A stretch of 64,000 bases of DNA from Leucoraja ocellata (lineage: Eukaryota): contig JAWMAR010000263.1 in assembly GCA_036785375.1 (NCBI GenBank), positions 992,001 through 1,056,000 on the forward strand, read 5' to 3'. The position numbers were made by a program, and so were the translations under genes. Below the pieces are notes generated by a model. It was not told the DNA's origin and ran no database searches. It worked only from the letters and a program-made list of their open reading frames with translations. Below, piece by piece: positions 12,082 to 23,900 of this stretch. The first letter of the stretch is position 1. Each line of letters opens with the position of its first letter.

Positions 12082-14499
12082 ATATAAATAACTTGGACAT
12101 GTCGAATAGTATGTTTCCAGATGAAAGTTGGTGGAGTTGCAAACAGTGAGGAAAGTTGTCAATATATAGTAGGATATAAATCAGCTATAGAAATGGACAA
12201 ATAAATGGATGATTTTGACCTGACGGGGCACAACTCTGTTGGGAATGGGAGAGATGGGTGTACAATCAGGTGGGGGGAGGGGGGGGGGTGGGCAAGGAGG
12301 GGAGAGGGGAGGGAGGGGTATGGGGGAGGAAATGGGCGGCTGGGGATGTTTATAGGCTACTTACATAAAATTGAAGAATTCAATGTCCATACTGTTGGTT
12401 TGAAAGTTACCCAAGCAGAATTGCGGTGCCATCCCGCACACCCAAATGGAATATGAGGTGTTGTTCCACATTTTCTGCTTGGGTAGCTTACAACCCAAAG
12501 TTATGGATGTTGAATTCTCCAATTTTAGGTAGTGAATCTAAAAACTCCACCCCCTTCCCCCCACCCTTTGTAAAGGAGCATCTGCAGTTCCTTGTATCTA
12601 CAGTTTACCTTTCCCATTATTTGAGGACAAATAATGAGGATCTGGACTGCCAGGTCTAAGCATTGCAGATGTACGATGCTCTTCCAACTGTACTACCATT
12701 AACAGTAGCCTGTTCCAATACACAATATTGTTAACCAAGCTCTTCTCAGTGCCAACAAGCTCCTCTTAGTGTCACCTTTCTAATATCTGTCAGATTCAGA
12801 TTCAGATTCAGATTCAGATTCAATTTTAATTGTCATTGTCAGTGTACAGTACAGAGGCAACGAAATGCATTTAGCATCTCCCTGGAAGAGCGACATAGCA
12901 AATGATTTGAAATTAAGTCAGTTAATAAAACAAGACGATAAGATCACCTGGTCCTTTGCCAGTTTGGTTTTTATGGGTGCTTGTAACATGTAATTTGGCC
13001 ACAGTATTTTCATTCGCCACCACAGAGAACATAGTTTCAAAACACTTTGGTACCTCTGATGGGCTCCAGGAATTAATGAAATGAATGAACGTGTTTCTAT
13101 TCATACTGGTCAGTATGAGTGTAAACACATTATTTGTTGCATCTTGTCTAAATCTACTGTCCCTTAACGTAAAATCAGATCCCTATATTCAAACCTGTCT
13201 GATCTTTTATATTTAAGCCATGCTATTTTGATACATCTAGCATTTCATTCCACAGTGTTAAACCTCAACTTTATCACTATATATTGTTTCATTTTATATT
13301 ATAAAAACATGTGCATATGGTTTCCCAATTTGATATCCGTGAGAGTATATTACGTCTAGTGGGACTATGATTTTACGATGACACAAATCAGTGTGAATGG
13401 AAATGGATTTTAATAGACTGATTTAAAATGTACTGCTTTGCAGCTCCATAGACCTTGCCTTTCCTGGATCAAGTGATGCAAACAAACCTATATGTGATGT
13501 AAGTAGCCTGCTCTCACTTTCAACATCATGCAATTTACAACTTTCACTCATCAAACGTTTGCGAAGTGCTGAAAGGCAGGGTTCGCACATAACTGCAGTG
13601 GGTAAAAGCTTGATACATTTTGCCCCATGTTTTGTCCTTGGCCATATGGTTGTTTACATGCTATTATAACTGAAGGGCTTACACTAATAGGATTAAACCC
13701 TAGTGTTCATGGCCCCATATTAAGCTTTAGAAACGGGTCCATCCATGTCATTTTGAAGCAATTCACTATGAACATCAGTTTATGGTGGATATGATAATCC
13801 AGTGAGCTGACACAACCTGTGGTGTGAACTCATGAATAGCACGACAACACTTTTGTATGAATTATAACATTTGCTCTGAGAAGTCACGAGATTGGCTGGT
13901 TCAGTAACATGTGTCACTCAAGTTTTAGTCAAGCTTGATACAGTATTTCCAATGAGTTCCTCATAGGCTAATCCCTGCAGATCATTCACGATGCTTCTGC
14001 AATGAAAGGAAACCTGTCATTCTGCTTTAAAGTTCTGTGCCGCATTTAATTTTGAAGTGCTGTAGCAGAGAAAATCCTGCCTTCCAAGCTTGATATTGAA
14101 GGATGTTGCACTTAAGAAAAATAATACTTCTTCATATTTCCTTTATTCCCACATCATCTTCGGGAGGTGATGTGGTACCAGCAACAATCTAGTGCCTCAT
14201 CATCCCAGCAGCTGTTCTTTATCTCTCAGTTGAGATAAAGAATTAAAATGAAATGCATGAGGAGCCACATTGGAGTTCAATGATGGGAACTGTTATGTAG
14301 TGTGCACCCATGATATCCTGCCTAACCCGCAAAGCAGCCAAACGTCCAACCATTAATAACTCATTCACTTTGACAAATGAAGCCTTTAAAACTGAACACT
14401 GGATGAAACAGCCCAGGATGAAAAATACATACAACTAAGTGGATAGTTTTATCCCTCCCAACACAAAGATATTACATCTATCTCCATATCGCCATGTTC

Positions 14500-14882
14500 C
14501 ATCTCGCCAGGAAGCGAGCGGGCAAGATCATCTCTGAGACCTCACACCCTGGCCACAAACTCTTTGAATCACTTCCCTTTGGAAGGTGACTCTGGATTGT
14601 CAAAGCTGCCACAGCCAGACATAAAAACAGTTTTTATCCACGAGTAGTTGCTGTACTCAACAGCCAAAAATCTGCAGCCTCCCTTTGATCTGGTATTTTG
14701 TTGGTTCACATGCTTGATCAATGGTGTTTTATCATTAATGTTTTATTATTATCAATGTTTAGTGTTTTCTGAGTCATTCGTACCTGTTAATATCTGTCAT
14801 GTTGTCACTTGTGGGCAGAGCACCAAGGCAAATTCCTTGTATGTGAATACTTGGCCAATAAACTTACTTACTTACTTACTTA
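14500..14882 (+). mobile_element. Rex1/Babar-like LINE 3' end
   Basis: SHPGHKLFESLP-like remnant, aataaa and (ttac)n tail. Confidence 0.65.
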
Positions 14883-14958
14883 TATCTACTTTGTTATTCT
14901 GGAGGCCCATCTTCAGCATTAGGGCAGCACGGTGGCACAGCGGTTGTTGCTGCCTTAC

Positions 14959-16574
14959 AGGGCCTGTCTCACTTGGGCGTCACTTGCTCGTCATTTACAC
15001 GACAGGCCCGTAGTGACTGACACTTGACAGTCACGCGAAAATCGTCCAGCAGTACGACAGTCGCGCGCCAAGTGCTCTTGATGGCCCTGCTTCTTTTGGG
15101 AGCCATTGCGATGTTGTTCGTACTTAGTCCGATCTCCGTGGCAAGGATTTTCCAAGTGAAGATCAACTATACTATGGTGAAAGGTTTTCAAAACTAGGCT
15201 CGCTTTATACCCGTGGTCACGTGGTGCGGCACTCAAATGACGCGTACGGGTGCCGCATGGTTACGGACGTTGACGCATGGTGACGCATAATAAATTAGCA
15301 TGGGCAATGTTCGTGCATCACTGTGCGTAACCATGCATCACCACGCGCTACATGTACGCCGTCAGTACTTCAGCGTACGCCATCAGAACGTCAGCGTGCG
15401 CAAGGGATACGTCACGCAGGTGGCGTGCGAGGATTTTGAGCACTGCAAAATCCTAGGGCGCCGCACGTTACCGCGCATCACTGCATACGCCACCACGCTT
15501 CACCACACGCCATGTTCCTCGAGGAGGAGGAGCCATCTTGGGGAACGGCTGCTAACCAGCAGCCGTCCGTTTAATTCACTTTTTTTTGTAGTTCTAGTGA
15601 GTCCTGTGTTTTGTTTGTGGGAGAAATAGACTTTTTAATGTGGGGGGGGAAGGGGGTAGCTATATTTCTAGGTCCCTACCTGGTCGGTGAGGCAGCTTTT
15701 TCTCCGGGCTGCCCCGTCGACCCGTCCTCGTGGCCTACCAGCGGGCGTGGAGCGCCGTTTCCTGGCGGGGACCGCCCAGCACCTCGGCTTCGGTGGCGGC
15801 ACAGCGCTGGAGCGCTATCGCGGAGCGGAGCGGGCGATGCCTTGCCTGGGTCGCCGCGCTGGATCGACGCGCTGGAGCTCCGGTGAGCTGTGACTATGGG
15901 CTGCGGGTCTGCGGAGCGGGGGCGGCGCCGACTTCAACATCGGGAGCCTGGGAGCTCCAAACTGGCGCGGCCTTGTCGGCTTCAGAAGCCGTGGTCTCCG
16001 GTAAGGAAGCGGCCGTTCCAGGAGGCCCAGCCGCTTAGAGGATTCTCCCGACGACGGGGCAACACCACCCGGCGAGAACGGCCAGGAACACCGGGCCTCC
16101 GTAGAGGCAACAGCGGAGGCCTCAATAGGCCTGACTTTGGGAGAACTGGGGATGGGGACTGGACATTGTGCCTTCCCCCACAGTGGTAACCATTGTGGGG
16201 GGATGATTTTTGTGTGTAAGTGATTATTTTTGTTTGTGTCCAAGATGGCTGTCGGAAGGGAGAGTGTACGCTGGCGCGGTTTAGCTGCCGCTGCTATCTC
16301 TTCACATTGTGTTTTTGATTTTTTTTGTCTTTGAATCGAATTATGTCTTTAATTTGTGTATTGGTGATGTCTTTATTATTTATTTTACTCCGATTATATG
16401 TTTTTTACTCATGTTAAATTCTGTAAGGTGTCCTTGAGACTTTTGAAAAGCGCCCACAAATAAAATTTATTATTATTATTATTATTATTATTATGTTCGT
16501 ATCACGATGTGCCAACCAATATTTAGGATGTCGCGTAAATGATGCGCAAATGACGCCCAAGCGGGACAGGCCTT
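14959..16574. mobile_element. Harbinger-like MITE inside the SINE
   Basis: TIR agggcctgtctcacttgggcgtca / tgacgcccaagcgggacaggcctt; 3-bp TSD tac. Confidence 0.8.
15518..16492 (+). mobile_element. GC-rich non-autonomous retroposon with (TTA)n tail, inside the MITE
   Basis: aataaa then (tta)n; direct repeat atgttc at 15512-15517 and 16493-16498. Confidence 0.65.
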
Positions 16575-16637
16575 TACAGCGCCAGAGACCGTGTTTGGTC
16601 CGGACTATGGGTACTGTCTGAATGGAGTTTGTACATT

Positions 16638-17304
16638 CAGGAGGCGGAAATCCCAGGGGGGACAGGGGCCAAATACGTCCCTCCCATGTTTTGAGAGGCA
16701 GGGGGTGGGGGGGGGGATCCCCCCCCCATGATTTGTAATCCGTATTTTAAAACTCAGTAAAAAGAAATTATTAAAAATCTCCGCTTTCCGCGAGACAGTA
16801 GGGGTGGGATTGATGATCGAGGGCGCTGATTGTATGAGAGAGAAGTCGGTTAGCAGGCATTGGGGTGGGGGGACATGATGATTGGAGGAGGGAGGTGTCT
16901 GTCGGAGGCGGAAGTAGGGGTTGGGACTGAGAATAGAGCATGGTGATTAGAGGAAGGAGATATCCATTGAGCAAAGATCAGAGCGGAGGTTGAATCGGCC
17001 AGTTTGCGGGGCCTTTCATCGCCCGGCATGGCCGGCCGCTGGATCTTCCACCGCCCCGCGGTCAAATTGCTACGTCAAGGCGTTCGAGGCTCCTGATGTT
17101 GAAACCCCCACGAACAGGCCGATTGAAGCCCCACGATTCAGGGCGGACGAAGCTGCTGTTGCTGGAGTTCGGAGTCGGTCACCAACCAGGTCAGCTCCCA
17201 ATGCCGTCCACAGGGCCCATGACCGAAGCCTCGCGTGTGTGCACATGCGCGTGCGGCTGCAAGTAATTGTGTCCCGCATGTTTTGAGAGCGATTTCCGTG
17301 CCTG
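16638..17304. mobile_element. Non-autonomous TIR element inside the SINE, superfamily unclear
   Basis: caggaggcggaaatc ... gatttccgtgcctg; the SINE sequence rejoins across it. Confidence 0.6.
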
Positions 17305-17670
17305 TTCTCCCTGTGACCGCCTGGATTTTCTCCAGGTGCTCCGGTTTCCTCCCACACTCCAAAGACCTGTAGGTTTGTAGGTTAATTGCCTTTGGCTAAA
17401 ATTGTACTCTGTCCCTAGTGTGTAGGATAGTGCTAGTGTATGGGGTGATCGCTGGTCAGTGCAGACTCGATGGGCCGATGCGGCCTGTTTCTGCACTCTA
17501 TCTCTAAACATTTGCAAATACCAAAAGGTTTGAAAAAAAATTCAATCATACAATTTCCTAAATATTCTTTAAATAAGGCTTTTAATGATGTGTCACTGGA
17601 GTTCTCTGCAGCCAATTTAGCACGGGGTAGGAATTATACTGGGACCTTGTGCGGCTGATTGGCAAGGGGA

Positions 17671-18050
17671 ATAGACAATAGACAATAGGTGCAGGAGTCG
17701 GCCATTTGGCCCTTCGAGCCAGCACCGCCATTCAATGTTATCATGGCTGATCATCCCCAATCAGTAACCCGTTCCTGGCTTCTCCCCATATCCCCTGACT
17801 CCGCTATTTTTAAGAGCCCTAGCTAGCTCTTTCTTGAAAGCATCCAGAGAACCTGCCTCCACCGCCCTCTGAGGCAGAGAATTCCACAGACTCACCACCC
17901 TCTGTGAGAAAAAGTGTTTCCTCATCTCCGTTCTAAATGGCTTACTCCTTATTCTTAAACTTTGGCCCCTCATTCTGGACTCCCCCAACATCGGGAACAT
18001 GTGTCCAAGCCCTTAACAATCTTATATGTTTGAATGAAATCCCCTCATCC
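17671..18050 (-). mobile_element. CR1 3' fragment
   Basis: ORF ...FFSQRVVSLWNSLP...GYGEKPGTGY; (tagacaa)n tail as read on the + strand. Confidence 0.9.
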
Positions 18051-18700
18051 CCAGAAGGGTTGCTGATGTCGGAGGCTGGGAGTTTGCTGCATGTGGGAAG
18101 GTGCGCTGACTGGAATTGGAGATTGAGAGATTGTTTTGGGGTAAAAAGGGAAACTGAGGCCAGGAGAGTGTTGTGGATGAGAGGAGCAACTGCTAGTGTA
18201 ACTGCAAGTGATGCAATGCCTGCTCTTTACCCTCCCCCCTTACTAGTTCAATTTAGTTTATTACTGTTACGTGCAGCGAGGCAAACATGCCATCACCTGT
18301 TTTTCCACTGTGTCTACTTAATCTGCCATTTTCATGGAGCTGGAGACTTGCACCTCAGGACCCCTAAAGGTCATGCCATGTGCTAAATATTCTCCACTTA
18401 CCTTCCAAAATGCAAAACTTCACACACTTGTCCAGATTAAATAGCATCTGCCGTTTTCAGCATCTGCTATGTTCGGATTAAACCAGCATCTGCAGTTCCT
18501 TCCTACACATTGCGTCAGCTATTCCACTGGCCATGGATCTACATACAGCTGCAACATCTGAAAAGCGAGCCTACTATCTATAACTCCACCAATTTTTGTC
18601 AACTCATTCTGAGATTCTGCGTGTCCTTTAAAACAAAACTGAATGGAGCTAATGGACACTGGCTACCTGAAACAACCACGCAAGCATATCCCCAGACATA

Positions 18701-18859
18701 GTGTATAGAAAGGAACTGCAGATGCTGGTTTAACCAGGAGAGAGGCACAAAATGCTGGGGTAACTCAGCAGGATAGGTCTCGAACCGAAAAACGTCACCC
18801 ATTCCATCTCTCCAGAGATGCTGCCTGTCCCGCTGAGTTACTCCAGCTTTTTATGTCTA
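18701..18859. mobile_element. Short Penelope-derived element, inverted two-part form
   Basis: Two oppositely oriented pieces; direct repeat cagacata at 18693-18700 and 18860-18867. Confidence 0.75.
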
Positions 18860-19803
18860 CAGACATAAAGATTTGGCTAATCAGCAAGGAAATGGCAGTT
18901 TAATTGTGCATTTGATTCAATGGAAACCAACGCCATCACAAGTTTAAATATTAAAATTAAATTAAACATAAAACCAATTCAAGTGTAGTCTCTTTGTCTC
19001 AGCCTCCTCGCTGAAGACTCTTGAGCCAAAGACTCACACTTCCCCTCCCCCAGACCTAAACTTCATTTAATCTAATCAAGTCAACTATCCACACACTAAT
19101 TATGATGTCTCAGCCAATCCACTCACTCGCTGGTCTGGCTGCAGCTCCCCTGCAACCTTCTAGGTTATTCCACCTTTGCGGCTCATGTGGCCACCTGTGG
19201 TGATGTCCCCAGTGGACCCTTCACATCAATGTCCCGCAGCAGAGGGACCCTGGCTGTGGTCCTCCTCCTCCCCCCACCACCCCCACCACCCCCCCCCCCA
19301 CCCCACCCCCACCCAGCCTTGCCATCGACTGCACCAACCTAATTGTCCACTGATCACTGCAACTTGGCTGAAGGGTTATACAGGCTTCGTTGATGAAACA
19401 ACACTCCAACACACTCGCCCACCTAAGATATCGGCACAAAAGCTGGAGTAACTACAGCAGGACATGCAGCATCTCTGGAGAGAAGGAATGGGTGGGTGTT
19501 TCAGGTCGAGACGCTTCTTCAGTAATCAATTAGCTCCACATCGGGTGCACAGTCCAGCAGCTACCATCCATTGCATGTCCTTTGCAATCTGATGGGTTGC
19601 ATGAACATATCTCAGTTTCAGCATTTGCAGTTCCATTTGTCTCGGGACTAGAAGAGTTTTTCGACCCCTTCCCCTCCACAAATACGCTGAGTTCCTGAGT
19701 TTATTGTGGCTTCGATTTTTTCCCTTTCCAGGGACGGGGCCAGGTCTCTCCAGGGTATAGGGTTGGCGACAGTGTCTCTCCAGGGTATGGGGTCAGTGGA
19801 TAT

Positions 19804-20220
19804 TAGAAACATAGAAAATAGGTGCAGGCGTAGGCCATTCGGCCCTTCGAGACAGCACCGTCATTCAATATGATCATGGCTGATCATCTGGAATCAGTAT
19901 CCCATTCCTGCTTTCTCCACATATTCCTTGATTCTGTTAGCCCCAAGAGCTATACCCAACTCTCTCTTGAAAACATACAGTGAATTGGCCTCCACTGCCT
20001 TCTGTGGCAGAGAATTCCACAGATTCACAACTCTCTGGGTGAAAATATTTTTCTTCATCTCAGTTCTAAATGGCCGACCCCTTATTCTTCAACTGTGACC
20101 CTTGTTTCTGGCCTCCCCCAGCATCGGGGACATTTTTCCTGCACATAGCCTGTCCACTCCATTAAGAATGTTATATGTTTCTATATGATCCACTCTCTTC
20201 CTTCAAAATTCCAGTGAATA
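19804..20220 (-). mobile_element. CR1 3' fragment
   Basis: Reverse complement of the 2600-3027 CR1 end; tagaaacatagaaa tail. Confidence 0.9.
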
Positions 20221-20839
20221 TTCTTGGAGGCGGTGTCGGTATCACTCCTGGAGATAGGGTGAGTGTTTTACCCGGAGCGGGGTTCGCTGTCTCCCCAGGT
20301 TGCGGGTCCAGTGTTTCTCCCGGGAGGTGGGATTAATAACTCTTTAGGGGATGGGTCAGTGTCACTCCAGGGGATAAGGTCAGGGACTTATTTTCCCCGG
20401 GAGTTGGGATCAGTGTCCCCCGAGGGACATTCCTTCTCTCCAGAGACGCAGCCTGTCCCGCTGAATTACTCCAATACTTCGTGTAGATATTGAAATATAT
20501 CACTTTATTAAATATATCACTTTAAAATAGCTGGGTTTTTTCCTTTTTTCCCTCCCACAAATATGCAATATGTGAATATGTGTTTCTGCTCCATTCTGTT
20601 TTGTAGTTTTGTTGCACAATCCGCGAGCATTGGCACTTTTCATTTCACTGCACATCTGGTATGTGTATGTGACGAATACACTTGACTTTGACTATTCATT
20701 TAGGATTTAATCTTTATTTATCAGGATTATGTTTATTAACAATATAGAAAAATAAGAAATTGTATAGAATTACGGATTTTCTGTCTGAACGGAATCAATG
20801 TAGCGGGACCCCAAAGTAGGCTCTTACTGAAGAATCACC

Positions 20840-23800
20840 CGTCTATCTCCTTCCAGGGGCTGGGGTCAGTGTTTTCGGGGCGGAGAGGCGCGGTGGCTAT
20901 TTCTCCAGGGGAGGCGGGTTCGCTGTTGTTTGGGGGCCGGGCCGAGGGCTGTCCTGCATTACCTGGAGCTGGCGCTGCGAGAAAAGAGCACTTTATCCAT
21001 GTGCGCCTGACAGCTACAGCAGCAGCAGCAGCAGCAGCCGCAGCCAGCAGCCCCTCTAGCAGCGCAAGACACAACAACTTCCCGGGGCTCGGACAAAGTC
21101 CAGGCAGAGACGATGCCGCTCTCCCCGCAGCCGCGGGCAGGTGCTGGCGGCCGCAGGACCAGCCGCTTCTCCACGGCCAGTGCTCTTTGCCTCTGCTTCC
21201 TCCTCGCTGCCCTGCAAGCCGAGGAGCTGCCGGAGCCCTCCCGGGACACGCTGCTGCTCGCCAACAACTTGGTGAGGGCGCCCTTCGGCAGATCGGTCCA
21301 CATCGACCCGGTCAACGACCTGATGATCCAAGTGGTCCCGGGAGACAGGTGCCTGGTCACGGTGTTGGACAACGAACCCCTGTCCCAGAGACCCGGCGTG
21401 TTGTCGCCCAAGAAATTCCCCTGTGACTTCGGGCCGGGGGACGTCGCGTACACCCACCACGGCTCCAGGAGCCCGGCCGCGGACCGGGTGAGGCTGCAAC
21501 TCCGCTACGACACACAGACCGACACCATCATCGTGCCCTTCTCGCTGGAGATACAGGTGGTCTTCCAGCAGCTGCAGGTGGTCACCCGCAACGTGCCTCT
21601 GGTGGTGGAGAGGCTGAACGGAGCCAGCAACCCCATCGATAGCAAGGTGCTGGGCTTTACCTACGACGGGGGCTCTGAGAGCTGCCAGCTCACCCCTCTG
21701 CTGGGCGAGGGGGGTTTGCCCCGCTATGGACACCTCGTCAACTTCAGCAGCAGCAGCAGCAGCAGCAGCAGCGGGCGGTCGGTGGACTGCGCCGCCTTCG
21801 TGCAAGCGGGAGTCCGCTACCAGCACACGGCGACCACTAGTTCCCCCAACAGGGACTACATCCCCATGCTGGTGGAGCTACTGGAGCGGGGGGGCCGGGG
21901 CAAGCCGGCCAGGCAGGAGTATTTTCAGCTGGTGGTTCGGATCCGCCCGGGGGCCGAGAACACGCCGCCCAGACCCAGCTTCGTGGCCATGATGATGATG
22001 GAGGTGGATCAGTTCGTGTTGACGGCCATCACCAGCGAGATGTTGGCGGCCGAGGACGTGGAGACCGAGGCGGACCAGCTGATTTTCAACATCACCTCGC
22101 CCCTGGGGCCGGCCGAAGGGCAGCTGATCAGCACCGCCGACCAGAACCAGCCCATCACGTCCTTCTACCAGGGGGACATGCGGGAGCTGACCATCGCCTA
22201 CAAGCCCCCGGCGGCAGACTCGGACGAGGAGCGCATCTTCCAGCTGGAGCTGCAGGCGGTGGACTCGGAAGGGGCCGCCTCGGAGCCGTTCGCCTTCATG
22301 GTGGTGGTGAAACCCATGAACACGCTGGCGCCGGTGGCTAGTGGAGGCGGAGGGCAGCTGCTGCTGTTCGAGGGCCAGTCTCGGCCGCTGTCCACCCTGC
22401 ACATCAGCGACGAGGACGACGTGGAGAGGGTGAGGGTGAGTGTGGTGCACGGCCTGAGACACGGCCGGCTGAGTGTGTTGGGAGCAGCCCGCAGCTGGTT
22501 CAGCCCCGCCGAGCTCCACGCCGGCCTGGTGGTCTACCAGCACGACGGCGGCGAGTCCCACAGCGACAACGTGGTCTTCCGCATGGAGGACGGCCAGGGC
22601 CACCGCGTCCAGTTCCTCTACCCCATCAGCATCGCCCCGACCGACGACCAGGCGCCCGTGGTCATCGCCAACACCGGCCTTGCGCTGCCCGAGCAGAGCA
22701 CCCGGCAGATCTCGCCCTTCGTCCTCAGCGCCAGCGACATCGACTCCGAGGACTCGGTCATCCGCTTCTTGCTGGAGGCTCCCTACTCCCCGCTCGGGCT
22801 CCTGCTCCTCCGGCAGGGAGAGAGGCCCCAGGAGATACATACAGGCTGGAGATACGTGGAGGAGCAGCGGGTGTACGAGAAGGTGGTGAGTCAGTGGACG
22901 CAGCGGGACATCTTGGAGGGCAAGTTGTACTACAGGCACGTCGGGCCGCACAGCACCCGCACCGTGATGGACTCGCTGGCCTTCCGTGTGCAGGACGATA
23001 ACGACCCACCCAACCTGTCCGGAGAGCACAGGCTGACGGTCAAAGTGGAGCCTGTAGACCACCTGCCCCCCGAGCTGTTCCCCGGCACCAGCCTGCAGAT
23101 GGTGGTCAGGGAGTACGAGCTGAGCCACCTCGGCAAGAAGTCCCTGCGCTACACAGACTTGGATTCGGATGACCGGCAACTGAGGTACACCATCCTATCG
23201 CCACCCACCGACATAGACGACAACAACCCGGTCCGGACGGGGGACCTGGTGCTGAGCGGCAACCCCGAGGCAGCGGTCAGCCAGTTCACCCAGGCTCAGG
23301 TGAGCCACCACAAGGTGTCCTACCGGCCCCCGGACCAGGAGCTGGGCATCACCGCCAGGGTGGTGCAGTTTACCTACTCGGTACACGACCCCGCGGGCAA
23401 CGCCGCCAGAGGCACTTTCACCATCTTCCTGCAGCCGGTGGACAACAAACCCCCGCAGATCAGCAACACGGGCTTCACCGTGACCGAGGGCGGCGATTTC
23501 GTATTGACGGCCGGCGAGCTGGACGCCAGCGACGAGGACACGGACCGGGACAGAATCACTTTCACCCTGACCCAGGCTCCCCAGCACGGCCGGCTCCAGT
23601 ATGTCGGGGTCACCATCTCAGCAGGAGAGTCCTTCAACTTGGACGACATCGCAAGCGGGCGGCTTGTGTACCGGCACAGCGGAGGCGAAACCACCGCCGA
23701 TTCCTTCAGACTGGACGTTGCCGACGGGCTCCACCAAGTGCCGGTGGCCGTTCGGGTGACGGTGAGTCCCGTAGATGACCAGGCGCCCACCATCACCTTG

Positions 23801-23900
23801 CCCGAGGGTCAGCTTGGCTCCCACATCGACGTCCTCGAAAACGGAGCCACTGAAATCACCACCAGCGTCATCCGAGGCACCGATGAAGACACCGATGACT
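20840..23900 (+). promoter_or_regulatory. CpG-island-like region over the putative promoter and 5' part of exon 1
   Basis: Visibly GC/CpG-rich; GC boxes ggggcgg and gaggcggg at ~20877-20918; TSS not determinable. Confidence 0.6.

Larger units (their letters stand above)
14921..17509 (+). mobile_element. tRNA-derived V-domain SINE split by nested insertions
   Basis: Head ggcagcacggtggcacagcgg at 14923; resumes at 16578-16637 and 17305-17509 (ggtttcctcccacactccaaagac; tail tctctaaac). Confidence 0.8.

Noticed and set aside
21056-23796. Long antisense and alternate-frame ORFs (256, 433, 164, 140 aa)
   Set aside because: Shadow frames of the GC3-rich FREM exon, with no recognisable domains
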